Of a DNA stretch of 64,000 nt, positions 49,901-62,665 are shown in pieces. The notes under the pieces are model-generated. The model ran no database searches. It saw only the letters and a program-made list of their open reading frames with translations, and was not told the DNA's origin. The position numbers were made by a program, and so were the translations under genes. Source of the stretch: Laetmonice hystrix. Taxonomy: Eukaryota. Within the stretch, counting starts at the first letter, position 1, and the number at the start of each line of letters is the position of its first letter. The DNA is taken from the NCBI GenBank assembly GCA_965235115.1, contig OZ249436.1:48672001-48736000 (forward strand), written 5' to 3'.

Positions 49901-52900
49901 TGTACACTTTCCATTTGAGTATATTCTCCAGATTTTAACATTAGATGCTCCTCGCCTGTACCTTTCATTTCCACTACCTCACTGTAGTGTTTGCATGGCT
50001 ACTATAGGCCAGCCGGTAAGATGTAGGGGCTTAATATTCTCACTCTACTGGTCGGCCTCCCACACTGCTTGGTCCCACAGTGTGCTGTTTGGCCTCACTG
50101 TAGTGTTCGCTGGGGTGCTAGGCCAGCCAATATTCCTTGTAGCGATTCCTCCCTGTACTGTTTGGCCTCCCTGTACCGTTTGCTTGTATACAAGAGTAGC
50201 CAGTAGTATAGGGACGCCTCATGTTTCATGTTTCCAAGCCTTCACTGTCCAGGAGGCAGGCCATACGTTTCGTCTATCATCTACTCCCATCTAATCTGTG
50301 TCCCCTACAGACCAACTGTATGCGCCCGACAACGTTGTCAGGTCGTCCCAATGACTGTTTGCCGTCAAGGTTTAGTTAGCAATGGCAAATGACGTTGTAC
50401 GCCTTCTCTATATCAGATATCCCATCCCCAAAATAACAAACAGACAAGGAAAGCAGAAAACAGACAGTAAACACCAGGGTGCAGCGCAGCTGCACTGACT
50501 GCACTGCCGCCTTCCGGCCAACGGTGGAATCACCACGTACACCAGGCCGGGCTGGCAGGCACCTGTGGCTCTTAGGCGAGAGACAGGTTAAAGCAATGAT
50601 AAGCGAAAAATGGCTACATTTTTGTTACGTCAAATTGAAACTACGCCCCCCAAAATTATGATTCTTAGGCCAGATGTATAACTGTCAAACGTATAGGTCT
50701 CGTACGTTCGCTACAGATATATGGTTGTGATGTATACACTTCCCATTTGAGTATCTTCTCCAGATTTTAACATTAGATGCTCCTCGCCTGTACCTTTCAT
50801 TTCCACTACCTCACTGTAGTGTTTGCATGGCTACTATAGGCCAGCCGGTAAGATGTAGGGGCTTAATATTCTCACTCTACTGGTTGGCCTCCCACACTGC
50901 TTGGCCCCACAGTGGACTGTTTGGCCTCAGTGTACTCTTTTTGTTCACTGTAGTGTTCGCTGGGGTGCTAGGCCAGCCAATATCCCTTGTAGCGATTTCT
51001 CCCCGTACTGTTTGGCCTCCCTGTACCGTTTGCTTGTATACAAGAGTAGCCAGTAGTATAGGGACGCCTCATGTTTCATGTTTCCAAGCCTTCACTGTCC
51101 AGGAGGCAGGCCATACGTTTCGTCTATCATCTACTCCCATCTAATCTGTGTCCCCTACAGACCAACTGTATGCGCCCGACAACGTTGTCAGGTCGTCCCA
51201 ATGACTGTTTGCCGTCAAGGTTTAGTTAGCAATGGCAAATGACGTTGTACGCCTTCTCTATATCAGATATCCCATCCCCAAAATAACAAACAGACAAGGA
51301 AAGCAGAAAACAGACAGTAAACACCAGGGTGCAGCGCAGCTGCACTGACTGCACTGCCGCCTTCCGGCCAGCGGTGGAACCACCACGTACACCTGGCCGG
51401 GCTGGCAGGCACCTGTGGCTCTTAGGCGAGAGACAGGTTAAAGCAATGATAAGCGAAAAATGGCTACATTTTTGTTACGTCAAATTGAAACTACGCCCCC
51501 AAAAATTATTATTCTTAGGCCAGATGTATAACTGTCAAACGTATAGGTCTCGTACGTTCGCTACAGATATATGGTTGTGATGTGTACACTTCCCATTTGA
51601 GTATCTTCTCCAGATTTTAACATTAGATGCTCCTCGCCTGTACCTTTCATTTCCACTACCTCACTGTAGTGTTTGCATGGCTACTATAGGCCAGCCGGTA
51701 AGATGTAGGGGCTTAATATTCTCACTCTACTGGTTGGCCTCCCACCCTGCTTGGCCCCACAGTGTACTGTTTGGCCTCAGTGTACTCTTTGGCCTCACTG
51801 TAGTGTTCGCTGGGGTGCTAGGCCAGCCAATATTCCTTGTAGCGATTCCTCCCTGTACTGTTTGGCCTCCCTGTACCGTTTGCTTGTATACAAGAGTAGC
51901 CAGGAGTATAGGGACGCCTCATATTTTCATGTTTCCATGCCTTTACTGTCCAGGAGGCAGGCCATACGTTTCGTCTATCATCTACTCCCATCTAATCTGT
52001 GTCCCCTACAGGCCATCTGTAAGCGTCCTACAACGTTGTCAGGTCGTCCCAATGACTGTTTGCCGTCAGTGTTTAGTTAGCAATGGCAAATAACGTTGTA
52101 CGCCTTCTCTATATCAGATATCCCATCCCCAAAATAACAAACAGACAAGGAAAGATTACACCGAGATGTTTCTGGCAGAAAACACCAGGGTGCAGCGCAG
52201 CTGCACTGACTGCACTGCCGCCTTCCGGCCAGCGGTGGAATCACCACATACACCTGGCCGGGCTGGCAGGCACCTGTGGCTCTTAGGCGAGAGACAGGTT
52301 AAAGCAATGATAAGCGAAAAATGGCTACATTTTTGTTACGTCAAATTGAAACTACGCCCCCCAAAATTATGATTCTTAGGCCAGATGTATAACTGTCAAA
52401 CGTATAGGTCTCGTACGTTCGCTACAGATATATGGTTGTGATGTGTACACTTCCCATTTGAGTATCTTCTCCAGATTTTAACATTAGATGCTCCTCGCCT
52501 GTACCTTTCATTTCCACTACCTCACTGTAGTGTTTGCATGGCTACTATAGGCCAGCCGGTAAGATGTAGGGGCTTAATATTCTCACTCTACTGGTTGGCC
52601 TCCCACACTGCTTGGCCCCACAGTGGACTGTTTGGCCTCAGTGTACTCTTTGGCCTCACTGTAGTGTTCGCTGGGGTGCTAGGCCAGCCAATATCCCTTG
52701 TAGCGATTTCTCCCTGTACTGTTTGGCCTCCCTGTACCGTTTGCTTGTATACAAGAGTAGCCAGTAGTATAGGGACGCCTCATGTTTCATGTTTCCAAGC
52801 CTTCACTGTCCAGGAGGCAGGCCATACGTTTCGTCTATCATCTACTCCCATCTAATCTGTGTCCCCTACAGACCAACTGTATGCGCCCGACAACGTTGTC

Positions 52901-55900
52901 AGGTCGTCCCAATGACTGTTTGCCGTCAAGGTTTAGTTAGCAATGGCAAATGACGTTGTACGCCTTCTCTATATCAGATATCCCATCCCCAAAATAACAA
53001 ACAGACAAGGAAAGCAGAAAACAGACAGTAAACACCAGGGTGCAGCGCAGCTGCACTGACTGCACTGCCGCCTTCCGGCCAACGGTGGAACCACCACGTA
53101 CACCTGGCCGGGCTGGCAGGCACCTGTGGCTCTTAGGCGAGAGACAGGTTAAAGCAATGATAAGCGAAAAATGGCTACATTTTTGTTACGTCAAATTGAA
53201 ACTACGCCCCCAAAAATTATTATTCTTAGGCCAGATGTATAACTGTCAAACGTAAAGGTCTCGTACGTTCGCTACAGATATATGGTTGTGATGTGTACAC
53301 TTCCCATTTGAGTATCTTCTCCAGATTTTAACATTAGATGCTCCTCGCCTGTACCTTTCATTTCCACTACCTCACTGTAGTGTTTGCATGGCTACTATAG
53401 GCCAGCCGGTAAGATGTAGGGGCTTAATATTCTCACTCTACTGGTTGGCCTCCCGCCCTGCTTGGCCCCACAGTGTACTGTTTGGCCTCAGTGTACTCTT
53501 TGGCCTCACTGTAGTGTTCGCTGGGGTGCTAGGCCAGCCAATATTCCTTGTAGCGATTCCTCCCTGTACTGTTTGGCCTCCCTGTACCGTTTGCTTGTAT
53601 ACAAGAGTAGCCAGGAGTATAGGGACGCCTCATATTTTCATGTTTCCATGCCTTTACTGTCCAGGAGGCAGGCCATACGTTTCGTCTATCATCTACTCCC
53701 ATCTAATCTGTGTCCCCTACAGGCCATCTGTAAGCGTCCTACAACGTTGTCAGGTCGTCCCAATGACTGTTTGCCGTCAGTGTTTAGTTAGCAATGGCAA
53801 ATAACGTTGTACGCCTTCTCTATATCAGATATCCCATCCCCAAAATAACAAACAGACAAGGAAAGATTACACCGAGATGTTTCTGGCAGAAAACACCAGG
53901 GTGCAGCGCAGCTGCACTGACTGCACTGCCGCCTTCCGGCCAGCGGTGGAATCACCACATACACCTGGCCGGGCTGGCAGGCACCTGTGGCTCTTAGGCG
54001 AGAGACAGGTTAAAGCAATGATAAGCGAAAAATGGCTACATTTTTGTTACGTCAAATTGAAACTACGCCCCCCAAAATTATGATTCTTAGGCCAGATGTA
54101 TAACTGTGAAACGTATAGGTCTCGTACGTTCGCTACAGATATATGGTTGTGATGTGTACACTTCCCATTTGAGTATCTTCTCCAGATTTTAACATTAGAT
54201 GCTCCTCGCCTGTACCTTTCATTTCCACTACCTCACTGTAGTGTTTGCATGGCTACTATAGGCCAGCCGGTAAGATGTAGGGGCTTAATATTCTCACTCT
54301 ACTGGTTGGCCTCCCACACTGCTTGGCCCCACAGTGTACTGTTTGGCCTCAGTGTACTCTTTGGCCTCACTGTAGTGTTCGCTGGGGTGCTAGGCCAGCC
54401 AATATTCCTTGTAGCGATTCCTCCCTGTACTGTTTGGCCTCCCTGTACCGTTTGCTTGTATACAAGAGTAGCCAGGAGTATACGGACGCCTCATGTTTCA
54501 TGTTTCCATGCCTTTACTGTCCAGGAGGCAGGCCATACGTTTCGTCTATCATCTACTCCCATCTAATCTGTGTCCCCTACAGACCATCTGTAAGCGTCCT
54601 ACAACGTTGTCAGGTCGTCCCAATGACTGTTTGCCGTCAGGGTTTAGTTAGCAATGGCAAATAACGTTGTACGCCTTCTCTATATCAGATATCCCATCCC
54701 CAAAATAACAAACAGACAAGGAAAGATTACACCGAGATGTTTCTGGCAGAAAACACCAGGGTGCAGCGCAGCTGCACTGACTGCACTGCCGCCTTCCGGC
54801 CAGCGGTGGAATCACCACATACACCTGGCCGGGCTGGCAGGCACCTGTGGCTCTTAGGCGAGAGACAGGTTAAAGCAATGATAAGCGAAAAATGGCTACA
54901 TTTTTGTTACGTCAAATGGAAACTACACCCCCAAAAATTATGATTCTTAGGCCAGATGTATAACTGGCAAACGTATAGGTCTCGTACGTTCGCTACAGAT
55001 ATATGGTTGTGATGTGTACACTTCCCATTTGAGTATCTTCTCCAGATTTTAACATTAGATGCTCCTCGCCTGTACCTTTCATTTCCACTACCTCACTGTA
55101 GTGTTTGCATGGCTACTATAGGCCAGCCGGTAAGATGTAGGGGCTTAATATTCTCACTCTACTGGTTGGCCTCCCACACTGCTTGGCCCCACAGTGTACT
55201 GTTTGGCCTCAGTGTACTCTTTGGCCTCACTGTAGTGTTCGCTGGGGTGCTAGGCCAGCCAATATTCCTTGTAACGATTCCTCCCTGTACTGTTTGGCCT
55301 CCCTGTACCGTTTGCTTGTATACAAGAGTAGCCAGGAGTATAGGGACGCCTCATGTTTCATGTTTCCATACCTTTACTGTCCAGGAGGCAGGCCATACGT
55401 TTCGTCTATCATCTACTCCCATCTAATCTGTGTCCCCTACAGACCATCTGTAAGCGTCCTACAACGTTGTCAGGTCGTCCCAATGACTGTTTGCCGTCAG
55501 TGTTTAGTTAGCAATGGCAAATAACGTTGTACGCCTTCTCTATATCAGATATCCCATCCCCAAAATAACAAACAGACAAGGAAAGATTACACCGAGATGT
55601 TTCTGGCAGAAAACACCAGGGTGCAGCGCAGCTGCACTGACTGCACTGCCGCCTTCCGGCCAGCGGTGGAATCACCACATACACCTGGCCGGGCTGGCAG
55701 GCACCTGTGGCTCTTAGGCGAGAGACAGGTTAAAGCAATGATAAGCGAAAAATGGCTACATTTTTGTTACGTCAAATGGAAACTACACCCCCAAAAATTA
55801 TGATTCTTAGGCCAGATGTATAACTGTCAAACGTATAGGTCTCGTACGTTCGCTACAGATATATGTTTGTGATGTGTACACTTCCCATTTGAGTATCTTC

Positions 55901-58900
55901 TCCAGATTTTAACATTAGATGCTCCTCGCCTGTACCTTTCATTTCCACTACCTCACTGTAGTGTTTGCATGGCTACTATAGGCCAGCCGGTAAGATGTAG
56001 GGGCTTAATATTCTCACTCTACTGGTTGGCCTCCCACCCTGCTTGGCCCCACAGTGTACTGTTTGGCCTCAGTGTACTCTTTGGCCTCACTGTAGTGTTC
56101 GCTGGGGTGCTAGGCCAGCCAATATTCCTTGTAGCGATTCCTCCCTGTACTGTTTGGCCTCCCTGTACCGTTTGCTTGTATACAAGAGTAGCCAGGAGTA
56201 TAGGGACGCCTCATATTTTCATGTTTCCATGCCTTTACTGTCCAGGAGGCAGGCCATACGTTTCGTCTATCATCTACTCCCATCTAATCTGTGTCCCCTA
56301 CAGGCCATCTGTAAGCGTCCTACAACGTTGTCAGGTCGTCCCAATGACTGTTTGCCGTCAGTGTTTAGTTAGCAATGGCAAATAACGTTGTACGCCTTCT
56401 CTATATCAGATATCCCATCCCCAAAATAACAAACAGACAAGGAAAGATTACACCGAGATGTTTCTGGCAGAAAACACCAGGGTGCAGCGCAGCTGCACTG
56501 ACTGCACTGCCGCCTTCCGGCCAGCGGTGGAATCACCACATACACCTGGCCGGGCTGGCAGGCACCTGTGGCTCTTAGGCGAGAGACAGGTTAAAGCAAT
56601 GATAAGCGAAAAATGGCTACATTTTTGTTACGTCAAATTGAAACTACGCCCCCGTACGCCTTCTCTATATCAGATATCCCATCCCCAAAATAACAAACAG
56701 ACAAGGAAAGATTACACCGAGATGTTTCTGGCAGAAAACACCAGGGTGCAGCGCAGCTGCACTGACTGCACTGCCGCCTTCCGGCCAGCGGTGGAATCAC
56801 CACATACACCTGGCCGGGCTGGCAGGCACCTGTGGCTCTTAGGCGAGAGACAGGTTAAAGCAATGATAAGCGAAAAATGGCTACATTTTTGTTACGTCAA
56901 ATTGAAACTACGCCCCCCAAAATTATGATTCTTAGGCCAGATGTATAACTGTGAAACGTATAGGTCTCGTACGTTCGCTACAGATATATGGTTGTGATGT
57001 GTACACTTCCCTTTGAGTATCTTCTCCAGATTTTAACATTAGATGCTCCTCGCCTGTACCTTTCATTTCCACTACCTCACTGTAGTGTTTGCATGGCTAC
57101 TATAGGCCAGCCGGTAAGATGTAGGGGCTTAATATTCTCACTCTACTGGTTGGCCTCCCACACTGCTTGGCCCCACAGTGTACTGTTTGGTCTCAGTGTA
57201 CTCTTTGGCCTCACTGTAGTGTTCGCTGGGGTGCTAGGCCAGCCAATATTCCTTGTAGCGATTCCTCCCTGTACTGTTTGGCCTCCCTGTACCGTTTGCT
57301 TGTATACAAGAGTAGCCAGGAGTATAGGGACGCCTCATGTTTCATGTTTCCATGCCTTTACTGTCCAGGAGGCAGGCCATACGTTTCGTCTATCATCTAC
57401 TCCCATCTAATCTGTGTCCCCTACAGACCATCTGTAAGCGTCCTACAACGTTGTCAGGTCGTCCCAATGACTGTTTGCCGTCAGGGTTTAGTTAGCAATG
57501 GCAAATAACGTTGTACGCCTTCTCTATATCAGATATCCCATCCCCAAAATAACAAACAGACAAGGAAAGATTACACCGAGATGTTTCTGGCAGAAAACAC
57601 CAGGGTGCAGCGCAGCTGCACTGACTGCACTGCCGCCTTCCGGCCAGCGGTGGAATCACCACATACACCTGGCCGGGCTGGCAGGCACCTGTGGCTCTTA
57701 GGCGAGAGACAGGTTAAAGCAATGATAAGCGAAAAATGGCTACATTTTTGTTACGTCAAATTGAAACTACGCCCCCGTACGCCTTCTCTATATCAGATAT
57801 CCCATCCCCAAAATAACAAACAGACAAGGAAAGATTACACCGAGATGTTTCTGGCAGAAAACACCAGGGTGCAGCGCAGCTGCACTGACTGCACTGCCGC
57901 CTTCCGGCCAGCGGTGGAATCACCACATACACCTGGCCGGGCTGGCAGGCACCTGTGGCTCTTAGGCGAGAGACAGGTTAAAGCAATGATAAGCGAAAAA
58001 TGGCTACATTTTTGTTACGTCAAATTGAAACTACGCCCCCCAAAATTATGATTCTTAGGCCAGATGTATAACTGTGAAACGTATAGGTCTCGTACGTTCG
58101 CTACAGATATATGGTTGTGATGTGTACACTTCCCTTTGAGTATCTTCTCCAGATTTTAACATTAGATGCTCCTCGCCTGTACCTTTCATTTCCACTACCT
58201 CACTGTAGTGTTTGCATGGCTACTATAGGCCAGCCGGTAAGATGTAGGGGCTTAATATTCTCACTCTACTGGTTGGCCTCCCACACTGCTTGGCCCCACA
58301 GTGTACTGTTTGGTCTCAGTGTACTCTTTGGCCTCACTGTAGTGTTCGCTGGGGTGCTAGGCCAGCCAATATTCCTTGTAGCGATTCCTCCCTGTACTGT
58401 TTGGCCTCCCTGTACCGTTTGCTTGTATACAAGAGTAGCCAGGAGTATAGGGACGCCTCATGTTTCATGTTTCCATGCCTTTACTGTCCAGGAGGCAGGC
58501 CATACGTTTCGTCTATCATCTACTCCCATCTAATCTGTGTCCCCTACAGACCATCTGTAAGCGTCCTACAACGTTGTCAGGTCGTCCCAATGACTGTTTG
58601 CCGTCAGGGTTTAGTTAGCAATGGCAAATAACGTTGTACGCCTTCTCTATATCAGATATCCCATCCCCAAAATAACAAACAGACAAGGAAAGATTACACC
58701 GAGATGTTTCTGGCAGAAAACACCAGGGTGCAGCGCAGCTGCACTGACTGCACTGCCGCCTTCCGGCCAGCGGTGGAATCACCACATACACCTGGCCGGG
58801 CTGGCAGGCACCTGTGGCTCTTAGGCGAGAGACAGGTTAAAGCAATGATAAGCGAAAAATGGCTACATTTTTGTTACGTCAAATGGAAACTACACCCCCA

Positions 58901-61900
58901 AAAATTATGATTCTTAGGCCAGATGTATAACTGGCAAACGTATAGGTCTCGTACGTTCGCTACAGATATATGGTTGTGATGTGTACACTTCCCATTTGAG
59001 TATCTTCTCCAGATTTTAACATTAGATGCTCCTCGCCTGTACCTTTCATTTCCACTACCTCACTGTAGTGTTTGCATGGCTACTATAGGCCAGCCGGTAA
59101 GATGTAGGGGCTTAATATTCTCACTCTACTGGTTGGCCTCCCACACTGCTTGGCCCCACAGTGTACTGTTTGGCCTCAGTGTACTCTTTGGCCTCACTGT
59201 AGTGTTCGCTGGGGTGCTAGGCCAGCCAATATTCCTTGTAACGATTCCTCCCTGTACTGTTTGGCCTCCCTGTACCGTTTGCTTGTATACAAGAGTAGCC
59301 AGGAGTATAGGGACGCCTCATGTTTCATGTTTCCATACCTTTACTGTCCAGGAGGCAGGCCATACGTTTCGTCTATCATCTACTCCCATCTAATCTGTGT
59401 CCCCTACAGACCATCTGTAAGCGTCCTACAACGTTGTCAGGTCGTCCCAATGACTGTTTGCCGTCAGTGTTTAGTTAGCAATGGCAAATAACGTTGTACG
59501 CCTTCTCTATATCAGATATCCCATCCCCAAAATAACAAACAGACAAGGAAAGATTACACCGAGATGTTTCTGGCAGAAAACACCAGGGTGCAGCGCAGCT
59601 GCACTGACTGCACTGCCGCCTTCCGGCCAGCGGTGGAATCACCACATACACCTGGCCGGGCTGGCAGGCACCTGTGGCTCTTAGGCGAGAGACAGGTTAA
59701 AGCAATGATAAGCGAAAAATGGCTACATTTTTGTTACGTCAAATGGAAACTACACCCCCAAAAATTATGATTCTTAGGCCAGATGTATAACTGGCAAACG
59801 TATAGGTCTCGTACGTTCGCTACAGATATATGTTTGTGATGTGTACACTTCCCATTTGAGTATCTTCTCCAGATTTTAACATTAGATGCTCCTCGCCTGT
59901 ACCTTTCATTTCCACTACCTCACTGTAGTGTTTGCATGGCTACTATAGGCCAGCCGGTAATATGTAGGGGCTTAATATTCTCACTCTACTGGTTGGCCTC
60001 CCACACTGCTTGGCCCCACAGTGTACTGTTTGGCCTCAGTGTACTCTTTGGCCTCACTGTAGTGTTCGCTGGGGTGCTAGGCCAGCCAATATTCCTTGTA
60101 GCGATTCCTCCCTGTACTGTTTGGCCTCCCTGTACCGTTTGCTTGTATACAAGAGTAGCCAGGAGTATAGGGACGCCTCATGTTTCATGTTTCCATGCCT
60201 TTACTGTCCAGGAGGCAGGCCATACGTTTCGTCTATCATCTACTCCCATCTAATCTGTGTCCCCTACAGACCATCTGTAAGCGTCCTACAACGTTGTCAG
60301 GTCGTCCCAATGACTGTTTGCCGTCAGGGTTTAGTTAGCAATGGCAAATAACGTTGTACGCCTTCTCTATATCAGATATCCCATCCCCAAAATAACAAAC
60401 AGACAAGGAAAGATTACACCGAGATGTTTCTGGCAGAAAACACCAGGGTGCAGCGCAGCTGCACTGACTGCACTGCCGCCTTCCGGCCAGCGGTGGAATC
60501 ACCACATACACCTGGCCGGGCTGGCAGGCACCTGTGGCTCTTAGGCGAGAGACAGGTTAAAGCAATGATAAGCGAAAAATGGCTACATTTTTGTTACGTC
60601 AAATGGAAACTACACCCCCAAAAATTATGATTCTTAGGCCAGATGTATAACTGGCAAACGTATAGGTCTCGTACGTTCGCTACAGATATATGGTTGTGAT
60701 GTGTACACTTCCCATTTGAGTATCTTCTCCAGATTTTAACATTAGATGCTCCTCGCCTGTACCTTTCATTTCCACTACCTCACTGTAGTGTTTGCATGGC
60801 TACTATAGGCCAGCCGGTAAGATGTAGGGGCTTAATATTCTCACTCTACTGGTTGGCCTCCCACACTGCTTGGCCCCACAGTGTACTGTTTGGCCTCAGT
60901 GTACTCTTTGGGCTCACTGTAGTGTTCGCTGGGGTGCTAGGCCAGCCAATATTCCTTGTAGGGATTCCTCCCTGTACTGTTTGGCCTCCCTGTACCGTTT
61001 GCTTGTATACAAGAGTAGCCAGTAGTATAGGGACGCCTCATGTTTCATGTTTCCATGCCTTTATTATCCAGGAGGCAGGCCATACGTTTCGTCTATCATC
61101 TACTCCCATCTAATCTGTGTCCCCTACAGACCATCTGTAAGCGTCCGACAACGTTGTCAGGTCGTCCCAATGACTGTTTGCCGTCAAGGTTTAGTTAGCA
61201 ATGGCAAATAACGTTGTACGCCTTCTCTATATCAGATATCCTATCCCCAAAATAACAAACAGACAAGGAAAGCAGAAAACAGACAGTAAACACCAGGGTG
61301 CGGCGCAGCTGCACTGACTGCACTGCCGCCTTCCGGCCAACGGTGGAACCACCACGTACACCTGGCCGGGCTGGCACGTACCTGTGGCTCTTAGGCGAGA
61401 GACAGGTTAAAGCAATGATAAGCGAAAAATGGCTACATTTTTGTTACGTCAAATGGAAACTACACCCCCAAAAATTATGATTCTTAGGCCAGATGTATAA
61501 CTGGCAAACGTATAGGTCTCGTACGTTCGCTACAGATATATGGTTGTGATGTGTACACTTCCCATTTGAGTATCTTCTCCAGGTTTTAACATTAGATGCT
61601 CCTCGCCTGTACCTTTCATTTCCACTACCTCACTGTAGTGTTTGCATGCCTACTATAGGCCAGCCGGGAAGATGTAGGGGCTTCTCACTGTACTGGTTGG
61701 CCTCCCACACTGCTTGGCCCCACAGTGTACTGTTTGGCCTCAGTGTACTCTTTGGCCTCACTGTAGTGTTCGCTTGGGTGCTAGGCCAGCCAGTATACCT
61801 TGTCGCAATTTCTCCCTGTATTGTTTGACCTCCCTGTACCGTTTGCTTGTATACAAGAATAGCCAGTAGTATAGGGACGCCTCATGTTTCATGTTTCCAT

Positions 61901-62067
61901 GCCTTTACTGTCCAGGAGGCAGGCCATACGTTTCGTCTATCATCTACTCCCATCTAATCTGTGTCCCCTACAGACCATCTGTAAGCGTCCGACAACGTTG
62001 TCAGGTCGTCCCAATGACTGTTTGCCGTCAAGGTTTAGTTAGCAATGGCAAATGACGTTGTACGCCT
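43979..62067. repeat. Macrosatellite, ~850-860-bp unit, ~21 copies, with higher-order structure
   Basis: The anchor atggctactataggcc (one mismatch in the last copy) occurs at 44484, 45327, 46187, 47037, 47868, 48720, 49995, 50827, 51677, 52538, 53388, 54249, 55109, 55969, 57093, 58216, 59076, 59936, 60796 and 61646. Confidence 0.98.
48996..49417. mobile_element. 422-bp MITE, PIF/Harbinger-like, inserted in one macrosatellite unit
   Basis: It interrupts tgtcCAGgagg, with TSD cag at 48993-48995 and 49418-49420. The 17-bp TIRs agtcgggtcgcataaat and (reverse complement) ggtcggggcccataaat match at 14/17. The empty site is visible in all other complete units. Confidence 0.9.
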
Positions 62068-62639
62068 TGGTTCGCGCATGGGCATTGGTGACAAGAGACT
62101 TGAGGTTGCTTCTAATATCTTTATTAAGCACACAACGTGTAGCCTAACGTAAGAAATTCTGAAATCAGAGTAGGATACGCCTTAGTCCGCGGTTACACAC
62201 AAACCATGTACATGTATATGCATTTAGATAATCTCGGTAGAACCTTTACAATATCTTTAGATATGACCTCGTGACAACATACGTAGGCCTATGTAACCTA
62301 AGTACAATGTAGGCCTAAGTTAAATACAACTGATGTTTCCATTTGCTCCTTTATATATTACATAGCACAAAATATCCCTCAGGATGATACAATGCATACA
62401 ATGATATAACTAACCTGAAGAGTTGACCTCCTTGGGGAATACAGGTACGCAGATATAAATTCACATGTTGAACAACTGATAGAAAACGCGTCTATCTCGT
62501 TCCGTACATCGTCTCTTACTGGCGGTTACAGGTTTGAAACTGGAATGTCACGTGACTCGGGTCACGTGACCTACAGCGGTAGTGTCACCTAGCGGGGTTG
62601 AAGGTAATTAACACTGGATAACACTGTTCGCGCGGAACA
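62068..62639 (-). mobile_element. 3' LTR of a BEL/Pao retrotransposon (~572 bp)
   Basis: The minus strand begins TGTTCCGCGC just after a purine tract and ends GCGCGAACCA (TG...CA, imperfect inverted ends). It contains TATATAAA (~62350-62357) and AATAAA (62120-62125). The satellite stops abruptly at this junction. Confidence 0.85.
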
Positions 62640-62647
62640 ACCCTCCC
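62640..62647 (-). promoter_or_regulatory. Polypurine tract of the LTR element
   Basis: gggagggt on the minus strand, between the pol stop and the LTR TG. Confidence 0.6.
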
Positions 62648-62665
62648 GGGCCCGACAAATTAGCA

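Noticed and set aside
44484..61828. Repeated MATIGQPV..., MANNVV... and MQRSCTD... ORFs as a tandem gene family
   Set aside because: Frames shift and lengths vary between units, and I recognise no domain.
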